From an uncultured cyanobacterium (GTDB lineage Bacteria > Cyanobacteriota > Cyanobacteriia > PCC-6307 > Cyanobiaceae), in NCBI GenBank assembly GCA_963697335.1, contig CAVONQ010000016.1, forward strand, positions 65,965-129,964: a DNA stretch of 64,000 bases. Direction: 5' to 3'. Positions within the stretch are counted from its first letter, which is position 1; every line of letters begins with the position of its first letter. Position numbers and translations under genes: made by a program. Below are positions 40,978 through 50,219 of the stretch, in pieces. Under the pieces are notes generated by a model. The model did no database searches. It was not told the DNA's origin and worked only from the letters and a program-made list of their open reading frames with translations.

Positions 40978-42177
40978 TCACTCCTCCAGCTTGACCAGGG
41001 CGGAGGCCCGTTGCCGCAGCGCCTCGGCCTCGCCCTGGCGGCCCTGACGCCGCAGCAGCTCCAGGGCCTGGCGAAAGGCGCTGCGGGCTGCGGCGATGTC
41101 GCCGCTGAGTAGCAGGGCCGCCCCGAGGTTCTGCTGGGCTTCGGCGTGCTGCGGGTCCAGTTCCAGGGCCCGGCGGTAGGCCGCGATCGCCTGGGGCAGG
41201 CGGCCGCGGCGGCGTTCGATCAGGCCCTGGTTGTACCAGGCGAGCCCCACCTCAGGGGCGATGGCGCAGGCCTGGCGGCAGAGCTCGGCCGCCTCGGCCA
41301 GGGCCCCCTGCTCGCACAGCAGGGCTGCCAGGTTGAGCCGGGCGCCCAGGCTCACCCGGCCCGGCAGGGGCAGGTCCAGGGCCTGGCGGTAGAGACCGGC
41401 AGCGGCGTCCTTGTCCTGGGGAGCCAGGGCGATGGCCAGATGCAGCAGCAGTTCGTAGCGCTCCGGAACCGCCTTGGCGGGGCAGTGCTGCAGCCCGCGC
41501 CGCAGCAGGCGGATGCCCTGCCGCAGGCGGCCTTCGCTCACCTCCAGGCTGCCGAGCTTGGCGCAGGCGTAGGCATCGTGGGGCTGGAGCCGCAGCTCCT
41601 GTTCCATCGCCTGGCGTAGGCGGCCGGCCTTGTTGCCCCGTTGCAGCAGGGCTGGGGCGTAGCCGTCGTGCACCAGGGCGGGGGTGTCGCAGTCGGCGAT
41701 GCGCCAGTGCGGCTGCTGCTGCTGGAGGGCCAGCACGCTGTCATCCACTTGGGCGTGGTAAGCGCCGCTCCAGTGGAGGGCGGGGTGGCGTCGAAACAGG
41801 CGGCTGACGCTGGAGTAAGGCGACTGCCTGGCACCGCGCTCCTGGCGCAGCAGGTTGACCAGCAGCAGGTCGGGCTGCTCCAGCAGGCGGCGCAGGGGCT
41901 CCCTGGCCGCCTCCAGCAGCTGCTCGTCGGCGTCGAGCACGAGCACCCAGTCGCCGGACACGTGGCGCAGGGCCTCGTTGCGGGCCGGCGCGAAGTCGCC
42001 CGGCCAGGGCAGGGCATGCACCACGGCACCGAGCCGCTCGGCCAGGGCCACGGTGCCGTCGCTGGAGCCGGTGTCGAGCAGCACCATCTCATCCACGAAG
42101 CCGGCCACCGAGGCCAGGCAGCCCTCCAGCCGTTCGGCCTCGTTGCGCACCACCATCGACAGGCTCAGCTTCGGCAT
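40978..42177 (-). CDS. GT2 glycosyltransferase with TPR repeats
   Basis: MVVRNE, DTGSSDGT, DFAPARN, LDADE; C-terminal TPRs. Confidence 0.9.
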   Translation of the reverse strand: MPKLSLSMVVRNEAERLEGCLASVAGFVDEMVLLDTGSSDGTVALAERLGAVVHALPWPGDFAPARNEALRHVSGDWVLVLDADEQLLEAAREPLRRLLEQPDLLLVNLLRQERGARQSPYSSVSRLFRRHPALHWSGAYHAQVDDSVLALQQQQPHWRIADCDTPALVHDGYAPALLQRGNKAGRLRQAMEQELRLQPHDAYACAKLGSLEVSEGRLRQGIRLLRRGLQHCPAKAVPERYELLLHLAIALAPQDKDAAAGLYRQALDLPLPGRVSLGARLNLAALLCEQGALAEAAELCRQACAIAPEVGLAWYNQGLIERRRGRLPQAIAAYRRALELDPQHAEAQQNLGAALLLSGDIAAARSAFRQALELLRRQGRQGEAEALRQRASALVKLEE

Positions 42178-42192
42178 GGTGTCTCCCGCGGT

Positions 42193-43856
42193 TCAGTCGG
42201 TGAAGGCCTGCTCGGCGCTGGGATCGGCGAGGCCCAGGCGCGCCAGCAGCCAGGCCTGGGCCCGGGGCATCTGGCCGGGGCTGTAGGCCGCCGGCAACGG
42301 CTCCGGCAGCAGGGGCAGCAGGGCCTCCCACAGGTAGGGGCTGCCGTAGATCGCCAGTCCCCCTAGCCGGCCGCTCCGCAGCAGCTGGGCGATGGCCGCG
42401 GGCCAGGGCTCATCGCCGCCGGCGCTGCCCCGGAAGGGGTTGCCGCGCACGAACAGCTGCAGCAGCACCGGGCCCTCGCCGAGCTGATCCAGGTCCAGGG
42501 GGGCCTGGGGATCGGGGCGCCAGAGGCTGGGGTGCAGGCCGTCGATCAGGCAGGGGCGCAGACCGGCCGCGGCCGGCAGGGTGAGGGCCGGGGCGGTGGG
42601 GGGCAGGAAGGGCGCCTGCAGGGCGGAGTCGAGGCGCAGCAGATTCAGCCCGGGGCCCAGGGGGCAGGCTCTGCGCAGGCCTCGCTGGTGGCTGCTGGCC
42701 AGGCTGTTGGACTGGCCCAGCTGCAGCCCCGTTGCTCCAGGGTGCGCTCCACCAGCACCTGCTCCAGGGGCAGATCGGGGTGGGCGGCCGTGAGGGGATC
42801 GCCCTCGAGGCCGGGATCGCCTCGGCCGGCCTGCAGCTGCCCCAGGGCGGCGCGCCGCCGCTCCACGCTCTCCTCCAGCCGCTGCCGGGGCAGCCGCCCA
42901 CTGCCGAGGGCGGCGACGATCGCCTCGATGGCCTGGTGCGCATCGGCGGGCATCAGCACCAGATCGGCGCCGGCCTCCAGGGCCAGCACCGCCGCTTCGC
43001 CGGCGCCGTGGTGCCGGCTGATCGCCTCCATCACCAGGGCATCGGTCACCACCAGCCCCCGGAAGCCCAGATCACGCCGCAGCAGCTGGCTGAGCACGGC
43101 GCTCGAGAGGGTGGCGGGGCGCTCGGGATCGAGGGCCGGCAGCAGCAGGTGGGCCGTCATCACCGCGGCTACCCCGGCCGCGATGGCGGCGCGAAAGGGG
43201 GGCAGCTCGATGGCTTCCAGCCGTTCGCGGCTGTGGGCCAGCACCGGCAGCTCCAGGTGGGAATCGCTGCTGGTGTCGCCATGGCCGGGAAAGTGTTTGG
43301 CGCAGCCGAGCACCCCCACGCTCTGCAGGCCCCGGCAGAAGGCGGCCGTCAGCGCCGCCACCACCACGGGGTCTTCGCCCCAGGCGCGCACGTTGATCAC
43401 CGGGTTGGCGGGGTTGTTGTTGACATCACACACCGGGGCCAGCACCCAGTTCAGCCCGGCGCGGGCGGCATCCCGGCCCGTGCAGCGGCCGTAGCGTTCG
43501 GCCAGATCCAGGGCCAACTCGGGATCGCGGCCGTGCAGGCGACCCAGCCCCAGGGGCGGCACCAGCCAGCTGGCGCCCTCGAAGCGCTGGCCCACGCCCT
43601 CCTCCACGTCGGCGCAGAGCAGCAGGGGCTGCCCAGCCCAGCCCCGCAGCTGGCGGCAGCGCAGGGCCAGCTCGGCGACCCCCGCCCCCAGCAGGATCAC
43701 CCCGCCCACGCCGAGCTCCAGCAGCGCCTGCAGCTCCGCATTGGGCAGCTCCCAGCGGGGGTAGCGGCGCTGGTGATCGGCCAGATGGCCGCTCGCCCTC
43801 ACCACCAGCAGCTCTGCGGCCAGCCGCCTCAGCTCCGGCTCCAAGGGCCTAGCCAA
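42193..43856 (-). pseudogene. GH3 beta-hexosaminidase/glucosidase with -1 frameshift around 42660-42731
   Basis: DVEEGVGQRF, KHFPGHGDT..DSH, VTDALVM; the C-terminal part LNLLRLD..LLQLFVRGNPFRG is in a shifted frame. Confidence 0.85.
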
Positions 43857-44280
43857 CGGCGTTGTCGGCCTCGCTGGGGGCCGACGCGGCACCGGTTTCA
43901 GGGCCACTGGGTTCCCCTTTCTCGAGCCGCTCCTCCTCCAGCCGGTTGAGCAGCCCCAGCACCGTGGTGCCGCGCTCCAGGCCCCGATCCAGCAGGAACA
44001 CCACCTCCGGCGTGCGCCGCATCTTCAGGCGCCGTCCCAGTTCACCCTTCACGTAGGGCGCGGCCGAACGCAGACCGGCGATCGCCTCATCGCGCTCGCC
44101 ATCGCTGCCGTAGATGCTCACGAAAATCTTGCAGTGCTGGAGGTCGCCCGCCACCTCCACATGGGTCACGCTCACCATGCCCTGGCTGACCCGCTCATCC
44201 TTGATGCCGGCCACCAGAAGCTCGCTCAGCTCCCGCCGGATCAGGGAAGCCACCCGCTCCACCCTTCGCCCCTGTGCCAT
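43849..44280 (-). CDS. rbfA: Ribosome-binding factor A
   Basis: [31 protein letters not shown]. Confidence 0.95.
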   Translation of the reverse strand: MAQGRRVERVASLIRRELSELLVAGIKDERVSQGMVSVTHVEVAGDLQHCKIFVSIYGSDGERDEAIAGLRSAAPYVKGELGRRLKMRRTPEVVFLLDRGLERGTTVLGLLNRLEEERLEKGEPSGPETGAASAPSEADNAVG

Positions 44281-44282
44281 GG

Positions 44283-44489
44283 CTAAGCCACCGGAGTGGA
44301 GTTCACCATCGCATGCAGGATCAGCCCGAGGCTGAGCAGACCGCTGACGGCAGCGCCGATCAGGGCGACCGCGGTGACGGGATTGCGGCCCCGGGCCGCC
44401 AGGGGCTCCAGCACCGAGGTGGCCACCCCCAGCCCGAAGGCGATCAGGTAACGCGGATAGCGCGTCACGTTCAGCAGGAAGTCCTTCAT
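44283..44489 (-). CDS. DUF751 family protein
   Basis: [21 protein letters not shown]. Confidence 0.88.
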   Translation of the reverse strand: MKDFLLNVTRYPRYLIAFGLGVATSVLEPLAARGRNPVTAVALIGAAVSGLLSLGLILHAMVNSTPVA

Positions 44490-44555
44490 TGCCCCCGAAA
44501 ACGCCCATGGCGGTGCCTGCTGGCTACTCTGCCGCCTTGGCTTCGGGCTTGACGC

Positions 44556-45275
44556 ATGCAGCTGCACCAGTTCCGCCACTCCGCCTTCTGCGAGAAGGTG
44601 CGGCTCGTGCTGGCTGCCAAGGGGGTCGACTACAGCGTGGTGGAGGTGACGCCGGGGGTGGGGCAGCTGGAGCTGTTCCGGCTCTCGGGCCAGCGCCAGG
44701 TTCCGGTGCTGGTGGATGGCTCGGAGGTGATCGCCGACTCCACCGCCATCGCCCAGTACCTCGAGGTGCTCCACCCCGTGCCGGCCCTGCTGCCTGCCGA
44801 TCCAGAACAGCGGGCCCAGGTGCTGCTGCTGGAGGACTGGGCCGACACCGCCCTGGCGAGCGGGGTGCGAGCCGCCCTGCTGCAGGCCCTGGCTGGTGAT
44901 CCCGTGCTCAGGGCCGGCCTGCTGCCGGAGGCCACCCCCGGGCCCCTGCGCCAGCTGCTCTCCAGCCTGCCCGGCGCCGTGATGCACGGCATGGGCGATG
45001 CCGTGACGGGCCTGATCGGCACCCAGGAGCGCCGCCAGCTGCAGACCAACCTCGAGCAGCTCGCCACCCTGACGAGCGGCCGCGCCCACCTGGTGGGCGA
45101 CCAGCTCTCCCTGGCGGATCTGGCCGTGGTGGCCCAGCTCTCCCTGCTGCTGTTCCCGGCCAGCGCCGGGGCCCCCCTGGCCGGACACGGCATCAGCGGC
45201 CTGGCTGACCATCCGCTGCTGCAGCCGCTGTTCAGTTGGCGCGATGGGATCCTGGCCCAGTTGGGTCGGGCCTGA
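44556..45275 (+). CDS. Glutathione S-transferase family protein
   Basis: SAFCEKVRL, QVPVL, DSTAI, LSLADLAV. Confidence 0.9.
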   Translation: MQLHQFRHSAFCEKVRLVLAAKGVDYSVVEVTPGVGQLELFRLSGQRQVPVLVDGSEVIADSTAIAQYLEVLHPVPALLPADPEQRAQVLLLEDWADTALASGVRAALLQALAGDPVLRAGLLPEATPGPLRQLLSSLPGAVMHGMGDAVTGLIGTQERRQLQTNLEQLATLTSGRAHLVGDQLSLADLAVVAQLSLLLFPASAGAPLAGHGISGLADHPLLQPLFSWRDGILAQLGRA

Positions 45276-45921
45276 GCGGCACCAGCTTCAGGCTGATGCG
45301 CTGGCTGCTGCTCGCTCGGGCCGCCAGGCCGGCGGTGGGTGACGGGTAGGTGGCCTGCCACTGCTGGGCCTCGATGCTGCCGTCGCTGCGCAGTTGGAAG
45401 CGGCTGAGGGTTTCGACCCGGCTCAGCCGGGGTTGGCCCGGGCCATGCAGCACCTGCAGGGACAGCTCATCGGCCAGGAACTCCCCGGATGCAGGCTGGT
45501 CGCTGCGGCGGCCGATCACTGTGGATTCGAGCTGGAAGGGCGTGCCCTCAGGCCCCCGCAGCCGGGCGATCTGCCGGTTCGGGTCGGCCGGATCGCTCTC
45601 GACGCCCAGCAGGGCTTCCCCCAGCAGGGCGTTGCCGATGGCGCCGGCATTGAAGGCCCGATCCCCCACCACCGACCCTTGGCGGTCGCGGAGGAAGCGC
45701 ACCTGGTAATCGCTGCCGTCGTCGTCGCTGGCCTGCCAGGCTCCCTCAAACCAGGGTGGGTAGACCAGGTCGTGGCGGCCGGGGCGCGTCAGCGGGGCCG
45801 GCAAGGTCCAGGTGGGCCACTGGAGAATTCGCGCCTCCAGGGGCGATGGGCCGGGGCTGACGGCAGGCGGCCAGGCGGCGACCCACAGCGCCAGGATGAC
45901 TCCCACCAGCGTGATGCCCAT
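45232..45921 (-). CDS. Conserved cyanobacterial hypothetical protein
   Basis: Signal-like N-terminus; DLVYPPWFEG.W, DRAFN, DPNRQ. Confidence 0.7.
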   Translation of the reverse strand: MGITLVGVILALWVAAWPPAVSPGPSPLEARILQWPTWTLPAPLTRPGRHDLVYPPWFEGAWQASDDDGSDYQVRFLRDRQGSVVGDRAFNAGAIGNALLGEALLGVESDPADPNRQIARLRGPEGTPFQLESTVIGRRSDQPASGEFLADELSLQVLHGPGQPRLSRVETLSRFQLRSDGSIEAQQWQATYPSPTAGLAARASSSQRISLKLVPLRPDPTGPGSHRAN

Positions 45922-46198
45922 GTCCGACCCCCTGTTGCGGGAGCTTGATCATTACGTGGTGCTGGAGCCGGGCGGGGCCGATCAGATCCTCACGGCCGCC
46001 GAAACCGTGGCCTGGCTGGAGGCCCACCTCGGCGCCCTGGCCCAGGTGCCCCACGATCTCGCCGACCTTGTCGGCGGCCGGGACAGGGCTGAGCGGCTGC
46101 TCGAAACCGCCTGCGAGCTGGAGCTGGAGCCCGGCCGCGCCATCCAGTGGTTCGCCGTCAGGATTGATCCGCCGGGTGCCCATGGAGGGACGGGCTGA
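45920..46198 (+). CDS. Chlororespiratory reduction 7 (CRR7)-like protein
   Basis: MSDPLLRELDHYVVLEPG..LLETACELE..QWFAVR. Confidence 0.85.
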   Translation: MSDPLLRELDHYVVLEPGGADQILTAAETVAWLEAHLGALAQVPHDLADLVGGRDRAERLLETACELELEPGRAIQWFAVRIDPPGAHGGTG

Positions 46199-46805
46199 GA
46201 TTGCCGTCCTGATGGCGCAGCAGCACCGGCTGTTCAGGGGGGCTGAGCGGCTCCCGCAGCACCCTGGGCAGGGCCTCCAGCAGCCGCTGTGCCACCGCCT
46301 CGGGGGGCTCGCCGCCCTGGGTGACGCAGAGATCGGCCTGGCTGTAGAGGGGGCGACGGGCCTCCAGCAGGGCCCTGAGCCGGGCGGCGGGGTCCGGCTC
46401 TGCCAGCAGGGGCCTGGGGGTGGGGTCCTGCCGCAGCCGCTCCAGCAGCAGGGCCTCCGGGGCGTCGAGCCACACCACGAGCCCCTGGTGCAGGTGGCTC
46501 CAGTTCTGCGGACGGGTGACCACCCCTCCCCCGGTGGCCACCACCAGGGAATGCCAGCCAGCGATCTGGGCGAGGACGGCCGCTTCCAGCTCCCGGAAGG
46601 CCTGCTCCCCATCGCTGGCGAAGATCTCGGCGATGCCGCGGCCCGCGGAGGCCTCCAGCACGGCATCGGCATCGACGACGCGATAGCCGAGGGCCGCGGC
46701 CAGGGGAGCGGCCACCGCACTCTTGCCGGCCCCCATCATTCCCACCAGGTAGAGATTCACCCCCTGGAGTCGCTTGGCCAGGGCCAGGTGCGCAGCTGCG
46801 GCCAT
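46158..46805 (-). CDS. aroK: Shikimate kinase
   Basis: GMMGAGKS, GEQAFRELE, ATGGG, RPLL. Confidence 0.93.
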   Translation of the reverse strand: MAAAAHLALAKRLQGVNLYLVGMMGAGKSAVAAPLAAALGYRVVDADAVLEASAGRGIAEIFASDGEQAFRELEAAVLAQIAGWHSLVVATGGGVVTRPQNWSHLHQGLVVWLDAPEALLLERLRQDPTPRPLLAEPDPAARLRALLEARRPLYSQADLCVTQGGEPPEAVAQRLLEALPRVLREPLSPPEQPVLLRHQDGNLSPSLHGHPADQS

Positions 46806-46858
46806 CTCCCCGCTTCAACAGAGCCTGTTTCTAGGATGAACTCCATCGAACGAGCCCC

Positions 46859-47884
46859 ATGACGGCCAGCGCCAGTCTCAGGCCCGCCCCTGGGATCGCA
46901 GACTCCTGCCCCCCTGCCGCCGCTTCCGGCCATGGCCGGGGCCGGCCCTGCCTGATCACCCGCCGGGCCACCTTCTGTGCCAGCCACCGCTACTGGCTGC
47001 CCGAATGCTCGGAGCAGGAGAACGCCGAGCGCTTCGGCCTCTGCAGCCTGGCCCCTGGCCATGGCCACAACTACGAGTTGGTCGTGGCCATGGCCGGGCC
47101 CCTCGATGGCGACGGCATGGTGCTCAACCTCTCCGAGGTGAAGCACGCCATCCGCTCCGCCGTCACCGCCCAGCTCGACTTCCGCTTCCTCAACGACGTG
47201 TGGCCGGAGTTCGACCTCTCCCGGCCTGAGGGCTGCCTGCCCACCACCGAAGCGCTCTGCCGTGCCATCTGGGCGCGTCTGGGGCCGCTGCTGCCCCTGG
47301 CCGGTCTGCGGCTCTACGAGCAGCCGGATCTGTGGGTCGACCTGCTGCCCCCCGCCCCAGCTGCCGCCACCGAATCCGCCCCAGCCTCCGCTTCAGATCC
47401 CGCCGCCCCGCTCCCCATGGAAGCCTTCCTCTCGATCCGCACCCACTTCGCGGCGGCCCACCGCCTGGCCCGTCCGGAGCTCAGCCAGGCCGAGAACGAG
47501 GCCATCTATGGCAAGTGCGCCCGCCCCCACGGCCATGGCCACAACTACCTGCTCGATGTCACCGTGCGCGGCGCCATCGACCCGCGCACCGGCATGGTGT
47601 GCGACCTCTCCGCTCTCCAGAAGCTGGTGGCGGACCTGGTGGTGGAGCCCTTCGACCACACCTTCCTGAACAAGGACGTGGAGCACTTCGCCAGCTGCGT
47701 GCCCACCGCCGAGAACATCGCCCTCCACATCGCCGACCTGCTGGCCAGCCCGATCGCGGCCAGCGGCGCCAGGCTGCACAAGGTGCGCCTGCAGGAGAGC
47801 CCCAACAACGCCGCCGAGGTGTTCGCCGAAACCCCCCAGCTCGAGATGGTGCCTGCCGCCCTCGAGGCCCTGGTGGCCGGCTGA
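46859..47884 (+). CDS. 6-pyruvoyl/6-carboxytetrahydropterin synthase (tandem domains)
   Basis: Two HGHNY motifs, each with C and T(T/A)E. Confidence 0.9.
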   Translation: MTASASLRPAPGIADSCPPAAASGHGRGRPCLITRRATFCASHRYWLPECSEQENAERFGLCSLAPGHGHNYELVVAMAGPLDGDGMVLNLSEVKHAIRSAVTAQLDFRFLNDVWPEFDLSRPEGCLPTTEALCRAIWARLGPLLPLAGLRLYEQPDLWVDLLPPAPAAATESAPASASDPAAPLPMEAFLSIRTHFAAAHRLARPELSQAENEAIYGKCARPHGHGHNYLLDVTVRGAIDPRTGMVCDLSALQKLVADLVVEPFDHTFLNKDVEHFASCVPTAENIALHIADLLASPIAASGARLHKVRLQESPNNAAEVFAETPQLEMVPAALEALVAG

Positions 47885-47894
47885 GCCCAGCCCG

Positions 47895-48599
47895 GTGCCC
47901 ACGCCGGAGCGCCCCAGGCTGCGCCTGGTGCTGGCGGTGAGCCTCGACGGCCGCCTGGCGCCGCCCCAGGGGGGCGCGGCCCAGCTCGGCGGCCCCGGCG
48001 ATCGCCGCGTGCTGGAGGAGGCCCTGGCCTGGGCTGACGCTGGCCTGATCGGGGCGCGCACCCTGCGGCTGCACGGCAGCACCTGCCTGATCCGGGACGC
48101 CGATCTGCTGGCCCGGCGCCGCGATCGGGGCCTCTCGCCCCAACCGGTGGCCCTGGTGGTGAGCCGCACGGCCCTGCTGCCCGCCAGCCTCCCCTTCTGG
48201 TCGCAGCCGCTGCAGCGCTGGCTCCTGGCCCCCCAGGGCTCAGCCGTGGCTCCTGGCTTCCAGCGCCACCTGCCATTGGCCCCCTGGCCCCTGCTGCTGG
48301 CGGAGCTGGCTCGCCAGGGCCTGCAGCGACTCGTGCTGCTCGGGGGGGCCTCCCTGGCGGCCTCCCTGCTGGCTGGCGATCTCGTCGATGAGCTGCAGCT
48401 CACCTTCTGCCCCCGGCTGCTGGGCGGCCCCCACCTGTGGTTACCGGTCGATGGGGCCATCCCTGCCCTGGCGCCGGCCCTGCAGGAGCGGGCCTGGCAG
48501 CTGCAGGCCTGCCGCCAGTTGCCAGGTGAGGAGTTCCTGCTGCGCTACGTCCGACGGCCCAGCCCCGCCGCCCTCACCCCAGCCGACGCTTCCGGTTAG
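47895..48599 (+). CDS. RibD C-terminal (reductase) domain protein
   Basis: AVSLDGRLA, IGARTLR, LLGG, VDELQL. Confidence 0.85.
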   Translation: MPTPERPRLRLVLAVSLDGRLAPPQGGAAQLGGPGDRRVLEEALAWADAGLIGARTLRLHGSTCLIRDADLLARRRDRGLSPQPVALVVSRTALLPASLPFWSQPLQRWLLAPQGSAVAPGFQRHLPLAPWPLLLAELARQGLQRLVLLGGASLAASLLAGDLVDELQLTFCPRLLGGPHLWLPVDGAIPALAPALQERAWQLQACRQLPGEEFLLRYVRRPSPAALTPADASG

Positions 48600-48625
48600 C
48601 TTGCCGGCCCTGGAGCCCCCTTGCC

Positions 48626-49840
48626 GTGGCAGAGCTGCGTGCCCGCTGGCACCAATCGCTGGCGGAGATTCCAGAACAGGCCTGGGATGGGCTGCTGGCC
48701 GATGACCTCCCCTTCTACCGCTGGCGCTGGCTGCGGCAGCTGGAGGCCAGCGGCAGCGTGGTGCCCCGCCAGGGTTGGCAGGGTTGCCACCTGGGTCTCT
48801 GGCGCGGCGACACGCTGTTGGCGGTGGCGCCCCTCTACCTCAAGGGCCACAGCTACGCCGAGTTCATCTTCGACCAGAGCTTTGCCCAGCTCGCCGGCCA
48901 GCTGGGGCTGCGCTACTACCCCAAGCTCGTGGGCATGAGCCCGGTGAGCCCGGTGCAGGGCTACCGCTTCCTGATCGCCCCCGGGGAAGATGCCGCCGCG
49001 ATCACCGCCTTGATGCTGGAGCTGATCGATGGCTTCTGCCGCGACCAGGGCCTGCTGAGCTGCAACTTCCTCTACGTGGATCCCCAGTGGCAGCCCCTGG
49101 CCGAGGCCGCCGGCTGCGCGGCCTGGGTGAACCAGCAGAGCCAGTGGAGCAACCCCGGCCACCGCCACTTCGACGACTACCTGGCCAGCTTCAACGCCAA
49201 CCAGCGCCGCAACATCAAGCGCGAGCGCAAGGCGGTGGGCGCCGCCGGCCTGCAGGTGACCCCCCTGGTGGGCGAGGCGATTCCGCCCGCCATGGTGGAG
49301 CGGATGCATGACTTCTACGCCCAGCATTGCGAGCGTTGGGGGCCCTGGGGGAGCAAATACCTCACCGAGCCGTTCTTCGCGGCCGTGGGTGCTGATCCCG
49401 CCCTGCGCCGGGCCCTGGTGCTGTTCAGTGCCCACCGGGGGGATCCAGGCGATCCCGTGGCGATGTCCCTGTGTGTGCGCGGTGGTGATCACCTCTGGGG
49501 GCGCTACTGGGGCAGTGAAGTGGCGATCGACTGCCTCCACTTCGAGGTGTGTTACTACGCGCCGATCGCCTGGGCGATCGAGGCCGGCATCCGCCATTTC
49601 GATCCGGGGGCGGGCGGCAGCCACAAGCGGCGGCGGGGCTTTGTGGCCCAGCCCCGGGTGAGCTTGCACCGCTGGAGCGATCGGCGCTTCGACGCCATCC
49701 TGCGGGACTGGTTGCCCGGGGCCAACGCGGAGATGCTGCGGGAGATCGCCGCCATCAACGCCGAGCTGCCGTTCACGGCTGACTACGATCCCCCCCATGT
49801 CCCAGGCACCCTCCTCCCCCACCAGGATCCAGCGGCCTGA
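48626..49840 (+). CDS. GNAT/FemAB-like protein (DUF482)
   Basis: PLYLKGHSYAEFIFD, YYPKL, LWGRYWG, LHFEVCYY, GAGGSHK. Confidence 0.9.
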   Translation: MAELRARWHQSLAEIPEQAWDGLLADDLPFYRWRWLRQLEASGSVVPRQGWQGCHLGLWRGDTLLAVAPLYLKGHSYAEFIFDQSFAQLAGQLGLRYYPKLVGMSPVSPVQGYRFLIAPGEDAAAITALMLELIDGFCRDQGLLSCNFLYVDPQWQPLAEAAGCAAWVNQQSQWSNPGHRHFDDYLASFNANQRRNIKRERKAVGAAGLQVTPLVGEAIPPAMVERMHDFYAQHCERWGPWGSKYLTEPFFAAVGADPALRRALVLFSAHRGDPGDPVAMSLCVRGGDHLWGRYWGSEVAIDCLHFEVCYYAPIAWAIEAGIRHFDPGAGGSHKRRRGFVAQPRVSLHRWSDRRFDAILRDWLPGANAEMLREIAAINAELPFTADYDPPHVPGTLLPHQDPAA

Positions 49841-50210
49841 GCAGACTCGCCGGCAGCTGGATGAAGAGCTGTCGCGGCGCTTCATCGCCCTCGACCCGGC
49901 CGGCTATTTCCTGATCAGCGTTGATGCTGAGGCCGGCGAACTGGTGGTGGAGCACTACGGCAACGGCATCGATGAGCGGGGTTTAGCCACCGATCCCGAC
50001 ACCGGCGAAGTGCTCAGCTGCCGTGGCGCTGGCCCGAGGCAACCGTTGGCCACCTACCGCGGACGCACGGCCAAGCAGGTGGGCGCCGCCCTCACGGAGG
50101 GGGAGGGCCCCTTGCCGCTCAGTCGCCTCGACCACGCCCTTTACCTGGGCAGGGAACTCCAGAAGGCCGAGTGGTGCCTGGAGCAGGGGCTCACCTACAT
50201 CCAGGACTGA
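49797..50210 (+). CDS. DUF4346 domain protein
   Basis: LDPAGYFLI, GRTAK, LDHALYLGRELQKAE..YIQD. Confidence 0.85.
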   Translation: MSQAPSSPTRIQRPEQTRRQLDEELSRRFIALDPAGYFLISVDAEAGELVVEHYGNGIDERGLATDPDTGEVLSCRGAGPRQPLATYRGRTAKQVGAALTEGEGPLPLSRLDHALYLGRELQKAEWCLEQGLTYIQD

Positions 50211-50219
50211 GCCACGCGA

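Noticed and set aside
46859..47884. Internally duplicated PTPS/QueD domains
   Set aside because: The tandem form is the usual cyanobacterial architecture.
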